Shown piece after piece: positions 44,491 to 55,500 of a DNA stretch of 64,000 bases; the first letter of the stretch is position 1, and each line of letters opens with the position of its first letter. The notes under the pieces are model-generated. The model did not search any database and was not told the origin of the DNA. It saw only the letters and a list, made by a program, of their open reading frames with translations. Position numbers and translations under genes: made by a program. The stretch spans positions 1,488,001 to 1,552,000 of the forward strand of contig OZ251233.1 in the NCBI GenBank assembly GCA_965240325.2, given 5' to 3'. Origin of the DNA: Rebecca billardiae RCC1528 (lineage: Eukaryota > Protista > Haptophyta).

Positions 44491-45000
44491 GAAGGCGGGG
44501 CTCCGCTCCGCCCAGTCCGCCCAGCCCGGGCTCGTGGACTGCGCGGCCGCCGCTGACACACAGTCGGGCCGCGCACTCCTTGATGATACATCACACATCA
44601 AGACAAGCGCGTGGGCACGTCGATCGGTGGCAGTGGGGTGCGCTGCGAGACGACGGCGGGGGACTCTGGCCTGCTCTGCTCGTCGCCACTGATGCCTGCA
44701 GCAGCAGCACGCTGCACCGACGACGCCTCGAGACGGCGGAAGGCGGCCGGCGACAGCGTCTTGCGATCGCGCAGCCGTGGTGCGGAGCTCAGCGGCCGAG
44801 TGGGCGAGCTGCGCGCTCGGGTTGGGCTTGTGGGCGGCCACGCGTCACGAAGGGCAGGCGCACCCGGCGCCGGGGCGGCGGCGCCGTGCGCGTCCGGCGG
44901 CGGGATGGCGGCGGTGCCCACCACGAAGGCGGGGCTCCGCTCCGCCCAGTCCGCCCAGCCCGGGCTCGTGGGCTGCGCGGCCGCCACACTCGGGCCGCGC
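44491..45000. repeat. ~60-80 bp direct duplication (44491-~44574 vs 44925-~45000)
   Basis: GAAGGCGGGGCTCCGCTCCGCCCAGTCCGCCCAGCCCGGGCTCGTGG(A/G)CTGCGCGGCCGCC occurs twice; the second copy lies inside the 44598-46697 ORF. Confidence 0.9.
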
Positions 45001-48000
45001 GCCTTGTGGCCAGCCGTCGTCGCTGTCGGCGGGCGGGCAGGTAGCGCGTTGTGGATCGCTCCGGCGGCCGTCGCGAACGGTGCGGTGAGCGAGCTGGGGC
45101 CGGGCGCGCGGCGTGTGGGCTCCTCGTCGGCACTCGCCGTGCCCACCCCGCGCCGCAGCGCGTCGGGAGACTCCTCGAGCCCGAGCCGCGTTCGCCGCAC
45201 GTGCGCGTCCACCGACGACTGCTCCCGCCGCTTCGTCGCCTGCAGCGACGCCGGGTGCGCGGGCCAGCTGCCGTCGTGCTCGGAGAACGTGTGGTGTCGC
45301 CGCCGCGCGTGGGCGAGCGCGGCAGGGTGCGCCGGAAGGGCGGTCGCGCCCGCCGGCGCGTCGAGCCGCGAACTGAGCGGCTGCCCGGGGCCGTCGGGCC
45401 TCGGGGGCGGGGACGGCGCCTCCGCTGACGGCGGCGGCTTGGCACCTGGCTCGCGCGCCGCGGCCGCCGTCGCAAGGTGTGGTGGCGGCGGCGGTTGCCG
45501 ACCGAGCGCTGGCGAGACGCTCCGCGCCGCAGGCCTGCCGCCGCCGAAGCTTGTGGACTGCGGGCGGCTGCGGCCAGCCTGCGCGGCCGTGGCGTGGCCC
45601 TTGCCGAACGACGCACTCAGCGAGGGCTGCTGGCGGCGCGTGTGCTCCGGTGGTGCGCCGCCGCCACCGCTGCCGCCGGCCTGCGAGCTGGGCTGTGCGC
45701 CGCAGCCGCAGCCGCCCGGCGCGCGGGGCGGGAATGGGAGCGGTGGGTGCTGCGCCGCTCCTCGAGCGGCCGAACGGTCGTGAGTGGGGGAGCGGGCTGC
45801 GGCAGCAGACCGGCCATGGGCGGAAGGGCTCGCCGCGCCGCGGCCGCCGCCGCTCGCGGCCGCGAGCGGCTCGGACGCGACCGCTCTGCTGCTCGCGAGA
45901 GAGGGGGCTGCTGCGTCGGTGCCGGCTTCGGCATTGCTGCCGCTGCTGGGCGCGGGCGTCGTCGCCGAGGGCATGCCGCTGCTCGCTGCTTGCGGCGCCG
46001 GGAGCGCCACACCCCGTGGCGTGTGCACCGCCGGCACACGCAACTCTGCAGCGCGGAGGTGCTGCGCGGCGCGCGCCGGCAGCGCGCCCACCTCCGCGCC
46101 GAGATGCAGCACGAGATCGAGATGCAGATTGAGATCGACCACGGACGCCGTGGCTGCGGTGGCGGTGGGTGTGGAGCTCGAGCCGCGCGTCGGTGCGCTT
46201 GACTGCTCCGCCGCCGCGGACGCGGGCAGGCGCCCCGGCCTGGGCGAGCGCGCGCCACCGCGGCTCGGCGGTGCTGGCACGGCCAGGCTGGCAGCGATGG
46301 TCGCTGCGGGCTCGACCGTCGCTGTGTCGGCTTCGGCGGCTGTGGGCATCGCGGCCTTGAGCTCGTGCGCCTCCTGCGCGAGAAGCTCGAGCAGGACGTC
46401 GACGCCCACCGCGAACGCTGGGCTGTGCTCGGCCGCACCCGCCTCGAGCGCGGCGCTCAGTGCGGCCGTCAGCCGGTCGGCGTGCGACTGCGCCGGCACC
46501 GCCGCCGCCGGGGCCTGAGCACCGCCGTCGGCCGCGCGCCCGGCACCACCACGCGCAGCCTCGACGCCTGCCGTCGGCTCGAGCGCGCTCGGCGGGCGAG
46601 CTTGAGCAGGCTCGGCGCGCAGGTGGTCGCGCATCGCAGCGATCAGCGCCGCCGCCGCCGCGAGCTCCTCCTCCGCCCCGCGCGCCCACTGCCGCACCGC
46701 GCCGCCTGCGCGTGAGCCGCGTCACGCACCGCGCTCCGCGGCGCAGGCGGCTGCGCGCTCTCGGCCTCCGACGCATCCGCCTCGGCCTCCTTCTGCGCAG
46801 AGCCGGCGCCCGCGGCGCGCGGCGTGTGTGACCCTGGCGTCATCCACCCGTGCCTCTCGAGCGCGGCGCGCATGTCTTCCACGAGCTCGGCGGGCGGCGA
46901 GCACTCGGCGTGCGGCGAGACAGGACCTGCGTCCAACGGCGGCCGCGCGCCGGCCGGCAGCGCAAGGCGCGCGCCGTCGCCGATGCGCTGGTGCAGCTGC
47001 TCGGCGAGCCTCGGTGCGCCGTCGTCCGCGCGCGGCCCGCCCTTGAGCGACAGCCGCGTCGACGGAGGCAGCGAGCCGCAGGGCGAACGCAGCATGCCCA
47101 CGATCGACAGCCGCCCGGACTCCCCGGAGGCAAGTCCCCTGCTCGGCCGTCGACTGGACGTGGCCGAGCGCGCGGCGGAGAGCTCGCCGCCGTCCTCGCT
47201 GCGGATGTCGTCGACGTCGGCGAAGGCTCGCGGCGCGTGCGCGAGCTCCTTGACGAGGGCCGCACGGCGCGCCAGCGCCGAGCTCGCCTCCGACGGGCGC
47301 CAGCCCTCGAGCGACACGCGCTCGGCGCTGCGCTGCTGCGCAAGCAGCGCGGCGCGCAGCGCTGCGCCCGGCGCCGCCGGCCGCGTGATGCGCCGGAAGA
47401 GCTTGGCGAGGAAGGTGACGTACGCGAACTCGTCGGTGCCCTCGGTCCACGTGTCCACGAGCTCGAACAACCCCGCGCAGAACGCCTCGATCGGCATCCC
47501 CTCGCGCGTGTCGTACGCCGCCATGTCCGACTCCCAGTCGGCGAGGATGAGCGCGCGGCATGCGGCGCGCGGCTCGTCGGCGTCGATCACGCCGAGCGCA
47601 CGGCCGATGCGCTCATACAGGTCGACGTACGCCTGCTCGGTCATGCGCTGGTCGCACGCGAGCCCCGCCGCGTTCCAGTACCGCGCCAGCCCGGTGAGGA
47701 CGGTGGGCGAGCCGATCAGCGCCTTGCGCTTCTCTGCGTCTCGCGCGCTCTCCTCCGGCTGCCGAGCATGTGGTACGGGACGGCGCCGCGCTCGCGCTGC
47801 TCGCGCGTGCGCTCAAAGTGGAAGCGATCGACAGTGGCGGGCGACCTTGAGCCCACGCCGTCGGCGAGCGTGCGTGGGCCGCCCTCCGCGCCAAGCGCCA
47901 TCGCGGCCGCGACCTCGAACGCGCTCGAGGTCGACGACTCGGTCGGCTTTGGCTGCGCGCCGAGCGGCTGGTCATGCGCGACTGGCTCGGGGCGCGAGCC

Positions 48001-48123
48001 ACCACGCGAGTGTGTGAGGCTGTCAAAGGCCTCGTTCAGGCTCACCGCGCCGTCGTGCGTTGCGTGGCGCCGCCGCGGCCGCGCGCGCACCTCGTGTAGC
48101 GCGTCCAAAGCGTCTGGCGGCAT
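44598..48123 (-). CDS. Hypothetical protein with degenerate EF-hand-like domain and long disordered tail; frame breaks near 47758 and 46701
   Basis: Coding-like ORFs 47716-48123, ~46643-47758 (KRKALIGSPTVLTGLARYW...AFCAGLFELVDTWTEGTDEFAYVTFLAKLFRRIT) and 44598-~46720 abut in different frames. Exact structure unresolved. Confidence 0.6.
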
Positions 48124-48320
48124 CGTGTCAAGGGCCGTAATCGTGTGCACGGACGGATTTGACGACCGACTGCGTCTGTTCGCGCAATAAAAGGGTGGTC
48201 AGGGTCCCTGACCAGGAGATCGGGTAAGATCGACTGGCTCTTCCCGGCCCTTGTAAGAAGCCGGCTAACGGTCGCGGCTCACTCGCGCAGTGAGTCGGCG
48301 AGGGGGAGCGGCGGCGCGGC

Positions 48321-51300
48321 ATGGGCAACTCAGAGTCGCAGGCCGTGCGCAACGTGGACAAGCGCACGGCGCGCCGCGACCACGCGCCCAAGTTCAAGCA
48401 GGCGATCGCGCGGTACCGCGTCGAGCACACGGACGAGGACGGCGTCGTCGCCGCCGAGCAGCCGCGTGTGGATGAGGCGGGGCGGCTGGGCGAGCGGCTG
48501 CGCGTGTGCGTGCGCAGGCGGCCCATCTTCGCGCACGAGGAGGAGGCGGGCGAGTTCGACGTGCTCAGCTGCTCGCGCACCTCGATCGTCGTGCACGACG
48601 GCCGGCTGCACCCGGACTGCCGCCACCTCTTCATCAGCCACCACGTCTTCGGCTTCGACCGCGTGTTCGACGAGCGCGCGTCGTCGGCGGACGTGTACGC
48701 CGACGCGGTCGCGCCGCTCGTCCGCGCGTGCGTGCACGAGCGCGCCCCCGCGTGCGTCCTCATGTACGGCCAGACCGGCTCGGGCAAGACGTTTACGACG
48801 CGCGGGTTGCTCGGCCTCGCGGCGGCGCAGCTGTTCGCAGAGGTGGGCGAGGGCGACGAGGTGAGCGTGGCGTACGCCGAGCTGGCGGGGCTCGGGATGC
48901 GCGACATGCTCAACGGCGCCGCGCCGTGCCAGCTCCTCACCGACCGCAGCGGCGAGGTGCAGGTCGTGCCTTCCCTGGAGGTCCCCGTCTCGGACGCGCC
49001 CGCGCTGCTCGCGCTCGTCGAGCTGTGCGTGGCGCTGCGCGCGACGGCGGCGACGGGGGTGCACGACGCGTCGTCGCGCTCGCACGCGTTCTGTCGCATC
49101 CACGTGCGCCGCGCCGGGCACCCGCCCGGCGAGTGCGGCTCGCTCACGCTGATCGACCTCGCGGGCTCGGAGCAGAGGATCGACACGGAAGCGCACACCG
49201 CGCGCCGCACCAAGGAGTCCGCCGCGATCAACTCGTCGCTGATGGCGCTGAAGGAGAGCGTGCGCGCGCTCTCGCGCGGGGAGGGGTGGCACACGCTCGC
49301 CGGCGGGCGGCACCCGCTCACCCAGCTCCTCCGCCCGTGCTTCACGCAGCCGCACGCGCGCAGCCTCGTGCTCGCGACGGTGTCGCCTTCCTCCAAGGAT
49401 ACGGAGCACGCGCTCAACACGCTGCGGCACGCGTCGCTCATGGACGGGCGCTCGGACGAGGGCGGCACGTCGTGGGTGGGCGGCGGCGAGGTGCGCCGGC
49501 AGGACATCGGCGAGATCGACATCCACGGCACCCAGGCCAAGCGGCGCGCCGAGGCGGAGGCGCTCGCCACGCGGCGCGACGGCGCGCCCAGGGGCGGCGG
49601 CGGCGGCGCCGACGACTCGATCGGCGCGAGCGCGGCGCAGGCGAGCGAGCGTCGGCGCGAGGCGCGCGCCGACGCGGCGGCGTTCAAGCGCGCCGAGCGG
49701 CAGGCGATGCGCGCGCTCAAGGCCGCCGCGCCCGAGCAGCTCGACGCGCTCCTCGCCGAGCGCGAGCGCGCCAGCGCCGGGCCCTCTCTGAATCGGTTCC
49801 AGGCGGCGCGCCTCACGTCGCGCGCGGCGAACGGGCCCTGGCCCGGCGGGAGCGGCGGCGGGCTGGCGCACGCGCGCGCCGAGGCGGGAGGCCGGGCGGC
49901 GGCGCGCGAGGTGCCGCCGCCGGGCGCCGACGACGAGCCGGACGAGTGGGCGCCCGGACCGCCCGGACGCGTGCCGCGCGCGCCGCCGCCCAAGCACGCG
50001 CCGCGCCGCGGCAGCAGCGTCGACATCGCCACCGACGCCGCCGCCCTTTGCGAGCCGGGTGGCGGCTCAGCCGAGGACGAGGACGACTGGACTGGCCTAG
50101 CCGCTGCGGGTGCGACGGACACGCGGCGGCGCGGCGCGGACGCGCGGGCGACGCGGCCGCCCGTGGACCCGGCAGAGCGCCGCGCCGGACCTTCGGCCGC
50201 CTCGCGCCGTGCGCACGCCGCCGCCGCCGCCGCGGCCGACGCCTCTTCCGCCGCCGCTGCTGGCTTCCGCCATGCTGATGCCGACCAGAGCGAGCACTGG
50301 GGTGCAGGCGGCGGCGGTGGCTGGGGCGGCAGCGGCGGCGGTGGCTGGGGCGGCGGCCGCGAGCGCGGGGGGCCGCGCTCAGAGGCGCACGCCTCCGCGG
50401 CGGCTGGGCTTGGGTTTGGCGCGGCCGCGGCGACGCGCGCGTCGACGGCCGTCGCCCGGTTCGGCCGCCGCGCCACGCCACCGACCTCCGGAGACTCAGC
50501 GCACGGCGGGGCGGACTGGGGCGACGCCGGCGGAGCTGAGAGCGGCACCGAGCTCGATGGCTCGGACGAGGGGGCCTGGTGGCACGGCGCTCGGCGCGCC
50601 GCGGGCGACAGTCGCCCGCCCTCGCGGCCACCCTCTGGTCTGTCCTCACGCGAGCGCGCCGCCGCCCACGGCCGGCGCGCCGCCGCGGCCTCGGCTGGGG
50701 CCTCCGGTGCGGACACGCCGCGTGCTGGCTGTGGCGGTGGGGCCGGGAGCGTCGGCACATCGCGCGGCGGGACGCCGCGCGGCGGTGGCGGTGGCGCGGC
50801 CGCGGGGCGGCCGCCGCCCGCGCCCGTCGCCGCGCCGAGGCACGCCGCCGCCCCTTTGCCCGCATCGCCCTCGGCCGCAGCCGCCGCCGCAGCCGCCGCC
50901 GCCGACCCCGTCTCTCCTGGGAGCAGCCAGATACAATCTCGGCTGGAGGCGGCGAGAGCGCGGCGCGAGGCGCTCGAGCGCGCGCGGCGCGAGCAGCTGC
51001 TGCGGCGGCAGGGCAGCAGCGGTGGGAGCGGCGGCGCGCTCGCGGCCGCCGGCCCCGCCTCGGCGGCGGCGGGTGGCGCAGACGAAACCAGCATGGCCGC
51101 CGCTACCGCGCCGCCTGACCATCGCGCGGAGCTGGCGCGGCTGCAGGCAGCGATCGACGCGCTGCCGCGCACGCGCGTGCACGACGCCGCGCGCGCAGGG
51201 CTCACCCGCCAGCGTGACGTGCACCGCGCCGCTCTCCTGCGCGAGCGGCGGCGCGCGGAGCAGGCTAGTCGCGCGGCCGCGGCCGGCCACGTCCCTGCCT

Positions 51301-51680
51301 CGGCCGCCGCGGCCGGCGGCGTGAGCGGCGCGCCGAGCGGCACGCCGAGTGCACCCGCGCGCGAGCCGGACGCGGAGCCGCGCGCGCGATCGCCGCTGGG
51401 CCCGCTGAATGGCGCGGCGGATCTGGCGCGCGAGCCGTCGCCCGCGCGCGCGCCGCTGAGCGCGGCCGACGCGACGGCGCCCTCACGCTCAGGCGTGCGC
51501 AAGCCGACCCGCCGCGTCGTGCGCGACTTTGACGCGGCCGAGTCGGACGAGGTGAGCGTGCGCGTCGACGACCACGTGGACGTGCTCGCCGACGATGGCG
51601 ACTCGGCGTGGGTGGAGGTGCGGCACATGCGCACGGACGAGCTCGGCCTGCTGCCGCGCGAGTGCATCGCCGGGCTGTGA
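48321..51680 (+). CDS. Kinesin-13-like motor protein with N-myristoylation motif and C-terminal SH3 domain (1,119 aa)
   Basis: RVCVRRRPI, P-loop GQTGSGKT, switch I SSRSH, switch II LIDLAGSE, ESAAINSSLMALKE, LATVSP..DTEHALNTLRHA. N-terminus MGNSES. C-terminus VVRDFDAAESDEVSV..DHVDVL..AWVEVR..GLLPRECI. Confidence 0.92.
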   Translation: MGNSESQAVRNVDKRTARRDHAPKFKQAIARYRVEHTDEDGVVAAEQPRVDEAGRLGERLRVCVRRRPIFAHEEEAGEFDVLSCSRTSIVVHDGRLHPDCRHLFISHHVFGFDRVFDERASSADVYADAVAPLVRACVHERAPACVLMYGQTGSGKTFTTRGLLGLAAAQLFAEVGEGDEVSVAYAELAGLGMRDMLNGAAPCQLLTDRSGEVQVVPSLEVPVSDAPALLALVELCVALRATAATGVHDASSRSHAFCRIHVRRAGHPPGECGSLTLIDLAGSEQRIDTEAHTARRTKESAAINSSLMALKESVRALSRGEGWHTLAGGRHPLTQLLRPCFTQPHARSLVLATVSPSSKDTEHALNTLRHASLMDGRSDEGGTSWVGGGEVRRQDIGEIDIHGTQAKRRAEAEALATRRDGAPRGGGGGADDSIGASAAQASERRREARADAAAFKRAERQAMRALKAAAPEQLDALLAERERASAGPSLNRFQAARLTSRAANGPWPGGSGGGLAHARAEAGGRAAAREVPPPGADDEPDEWAPGPPGRVPRAPPPKHAPRRGSSVDIATDAAALCEPGGGSAEDEDDWTGLAAAGATDTRRRGADARATRPPVDPAERRAGPSAASRRAHAAAAAAADASSAAAAGFRHADADQSEHWGAGGGGGWGGSGGGGWGGGRERGGPRSEAHASAAAGLGFGAAAATRASTAVARFGRRATPPTSGDSAHGGADWGDAGGAESGTELDGSDEGAWWHGARRAAGDSRPPSRPPSGLSSRERAAAHGRRAAAASAGASGADTPRAGCGGGAGSVGTSRGGTPRGGGGGAAAGRPPPAPVAAPRHAAAPLPASPSAAAAAAAAAADPVSPGSSQIQSRLEAARARREALERARREQLLRRQGSSGGSGGALAAAGPASAAAGGADETSMAAATAPPDHRAELARLQAAIDALPRTRVHDAARAGLTRQRDVHRAALLRERRRAEQASRAAAAGHVPASAAAAGGVSGAPSGTPSAPAREPDAEPRARSPLGPLNGAADLAREPSPARAPLSAADATAPSRSGVRKPTRRVVRDFDAAESDEVSVRVDDHVDVLADDGDSAWVEVRHMRTDELGLLPRECIAGL

Positions 51681-51995
51681 GCCGCACTCGGCACTGCGCG
51701 CGCTGGGGCCGTCGCAGACTTATTTCGCTCCTCCGTCCTCGGATTGGCGGCGTCGTGTTGCCGTCCCAGTCGGGCTCAACGCCGGGGCCTGGCAGCCGCC
51801 CAAGCCTACGTAACTACGGATAGCCGCGTGCTGCCGCCATGCGTCATCTGTCAGATAATCATCGTGTGAACGAATCGCGTGCTTGCGATGAATGTAGTCG
51901 ATCACAGCCTGACACGGCGGATTCGACGCGCCTGCTATCATATCATGATGGTGATGCGCGCGCCGAATTTAGGCGCGCCGCGCGCTTCAGCAGCG

Positions 51996-51997
<2 letters not shown>

Positions 51998-52077
<80 letters not shown>
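51998..52077. repeat. (AT)~40 microsatellite
   Basis: Direct reading of the sequence. Confidence 0.97.
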
Positions 52078-52081
<4 letters not shown>

Positions 52082-52548
52082 ATAATGTTTTTATTTTCGC
52101 CGCCACGCGCTCGATGACGACTCGCAGACTCGACGACTCACTGAGTCGACTGGTTAGCTAGTAAAAACGGCGGCAAGCAAGTTATTGGGACGTCGCGTTT
52201 TGTTGCGCACGACTGCTGTATTTTCTAGAAACGGATGTCATGACGGATGAAGATCGGCGCCCGGGGCCCGTTCACGGCGGGCCGTTGCGCACGTCCGTTG
52301 GACTCTGTTGCGACGATGCCGGATGGCGTGCGGTCAGGCACGGTCGTGCGGCGCAGCAGAGAGCAGAAGGATGGCGACCCGGGCGAACAATGGACACGAA
52401 TGACGCCGCCTGCGGCCTCGAATGGTATGGGCGGCATGCGCGTGGCTGCTTCGACGGATCGAGTTCAGAATGATGGGCACAGATAGGCAGTGTGCAAGGG
52501 AGCGAGCAGGGGACAGTGCGCTTGCAAGGCAGCGCGGCCGCGCAGCAC

Positions 52549-55500
52549 TCAGCCGATGATCTTCTTCGGCCGCGCTGCTCCCAGGCCGGTGCTCGGCCCG
52601 CTCCCGGACCCGCCACTCGGGGGTAGCCGAGGCGGAGGCGTAGGCTTAGGGAGGGGTTTCGGTGCCGCCTTGGGCGGCGGCGGTGGTGGCGACGGTGGTG
52701 GCGGCTTAGGCGCCGGCTTCGGCGGCGGCGGCGGTGGCGGCTTTGGCGGCGGTGGTGGCGGCGGCTTCGGCGCCGGCTTCGGCGGCGGCGGCGGTGGTGG
52801 CTTCGGTGCCGGCTTCGGCGGCGGTGGCGGTGGCGACTTTGGCGGCGGTGGTGGCGGCGGCTTCGGCGCCGGCTTCGGCGGCGGCGGAGGTGGCGGCTTT
52901 GGTGCCGGCTTAGGCGGTGGCGGCTTTGGCGCCGGCTTTGGTGGTGGCGGCGGCGGTGGCCTCTTCGCCGGCGCCGCGCCTGATGTGATCACACGCTTGG
53001 CGCGTGCCCCGCCCAGGTTGAAGAGCGAGCCACCCGCGGGCTTGGCCGGCGCGGGCTTGGCGCGGGGCGGCAGCGCCACACGCTGCGCCGGCGTGCGCAC
53101 GATCGAGCGCACGGGCGGCAGCGGGCCCGGTGGCGGCTTCGCCACCGGCTTGGGCGGCGGCGGCGGAGGCGGCAGCCGGCGTGGTGGCGGCGGTGGCGGC
53201 GGCTTGCGAACCGGCTTTGGCGCCGGCTTGGGCGGCGGCTTACGCGCAGGCGGCTTTGGAGCCGCCTTCGCCGCCGGCTTGCTCGCCGGCTTCGCCCCGA
53301 ACAGCGAGCCGAAGAAGGACGGCTGCGGCGCGGACGGCGGCTTGGCCACCGGCTTGGGCGGCGGCGGCGGCGCCTTCACGATGGCACGCACCGGCGGCGG
53401 CGGCGGCGGCTTGGGCGCCGGCTTGGGCGGCGGCGGCTTCGCCACCACCTTTGGCGGCGGCGGCGGCGGCGGCTTGCGCACCGGCTTGGGCGGCGGTGGC
53501 TTCGCAACCACCTTTGGCGGCGGCGGCGGCGGCGGCGGCCGACGCACGACAGCTGGTGGCGGCCGCGCCCCGGGCGCCGTGATCACCTTGCGCGTGCGTG
53601 CGCCGCCCAGGCCAAACGCAGAGGTGCCCGCCGGCTTGGACGGCGTGGGCGACGCGCGCGGCGGCAGCGCCACACGCTGTGCCGGCGTGCGCACGATCGA
53701 GCGCACGGGCGGCAGCGGGCCCGGCGGCGGCTTCGCCACCGGCTTGGGCGGCGGCGGCGGCGGCGGCAGCCGGCGTGGCGGCGGCGGCGGCGGCCGGCGC
53801 ACCGGCTTGGGTGGCGGCTTGGGCGCCGGCTTGGGCACCGGCTTGGGCGCCGGCTTGGGCGCCGGCTTGGGCGCCGGCTTGGCCGCCGGCTTCGCCCCGA
53901 ACAGCGACTCGAAGAAGGACGGGCGCGGCGCGGACGGCGGCTTGGCCACCGGCTTGGGCGGCGGCGGCGGCGCCTTCACGATGGCACGCACCGGCGGCGG
54001 CGGTGGCGGCTTGGGCGCCGGCTTGGGCGGCGGCGGCTTCGCCACCACCTTTGGCGGCGGTGGCGGCGGCGGCGGCTTCACCACCGGCTTCGGCGGCGGC
54101 GGCTTGACCGCCACCGGCTTGGGCGGCGGCGGCCGCGCCCCGGGCGCCGTGATCACCTTGCGCGTGCGTGCGCCGCCCAGGCCAAACGCAGACGTGCCCG
54201 CCGGCTTGGACGGCGTGGGCGACGCGCGCGGCGGCAGCGCCACACGCTGCGCCGGCGTGCGCACGATCGAGCGCACGGGCGGCAGAGGACCCGGCGGCGG
54301 CTTCGCCACCGGCTTGGGCGGCGGCGGCGGCGGCGGCCGGCGCACCGGCTTGGGCGCCGGCTTGGGCGCCGGCTTCAGAGCCGGCTTGGCCGCCGGCTTC
54401 GCCCCGAACAGCGAGCCGAAGAAGGACGGGCGCGGCGCGGACGGCGGCTTGGCCACCGGCTTGGGCGGCGGCGGTGGCGCCGGCTTCACAATCGTTCGCA
54501 CCGGCGGCGGCGGCGGCGGCGGCTTGGGCGCTGGCTTGGGCGGCGGCGGCTTCGCCACGAGCTTGGGAGGCGGCGGCGGCGGCGGCGGCTTGGGCACCGG
54601 CTTGGGCGGCGGCGGCGCGGCCACGATCGGCTTGGGCGGCGGCGGCGGCGGCGGCGCGCGGGGCGGCGGTACCGGCGACGCCGTGATCACCTTGACGTTG
54701 CGAGCGCCGCCGATGGGCCCGCCGAAGCTGAAGGGCGACGGGCGCGATTTGGGCGCGGGCGTGCGCGGCGCAGGGCGCGCGGGGCGGGGCGCGACGGGCG
54801 CGGACGTGCGCACCGCCGCCCGCACAGGGGCGAGGCGCGGCCCGGACGGCGGCGGCGGCGGCGGGCTGAAGAAGGACGGCGGCAGCCTGATCTGCCCCTC
54901 CGGCGGCGGCGGCGGCTTGCCGATGTACACGGGCGGACCCGACGGCGGCGGCGGCGCAGCCTTGCGAGCGGGCGGCGGCGAGCGCGGAGCAAGCGTTGCG
55001 CGCTGCGCCGGCGCACGCACAATCGAGCGCACGGGCGGCAGCGGGGCCGGCGGCGGCTTCGCCACCGGCTTGGGCGGCGGCGGCGGCCGGCGCACCGGCT
55101 TCGGCGGCGGCTTCCGTGCGGGCTTCGCCGCCGGCTTCGCCCCGAACAGCGAGTCGAAGAAGGACGGGCGCGGCGCGGACGGCGGCTTGGCCACCGGCTT
55201 GGGCGGCGGCGGCGGCGCCTTCACGATGGCACGCACCGGCGGCGGCGGTGGCGGCTTGGGCGCCGGCTTGGGCGGCGGCGGCTTCGCCACCACCTTTGGC
55301 GGCGGCGGCGGCGGCGGCGGCTTCACCACCGGCTTGGGCGGCGGCGGCTTGACTGCCACCGGCTTGGGCGGCGGCGGCCGCGCCCCGGGCGCAGTGATCA
55401 CCTTGCGCGTGCGTGCGCCACCCAGGCCAAACGCAGAGGTGCCCGCCGGCTTGGACGGCGTGGGCGACGCGCGCGGCGGCAGCGCCACACGCTGCGCCGG

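Noticed and set aside
48128-51694. 1,188-aa minus-strand ORF
   Set aside because: Antisense shadow of the kinesin gene.
51839-52117. ORFs with (IY)n runs
   Set aside because: Translation of the (AT)n microsatellite.
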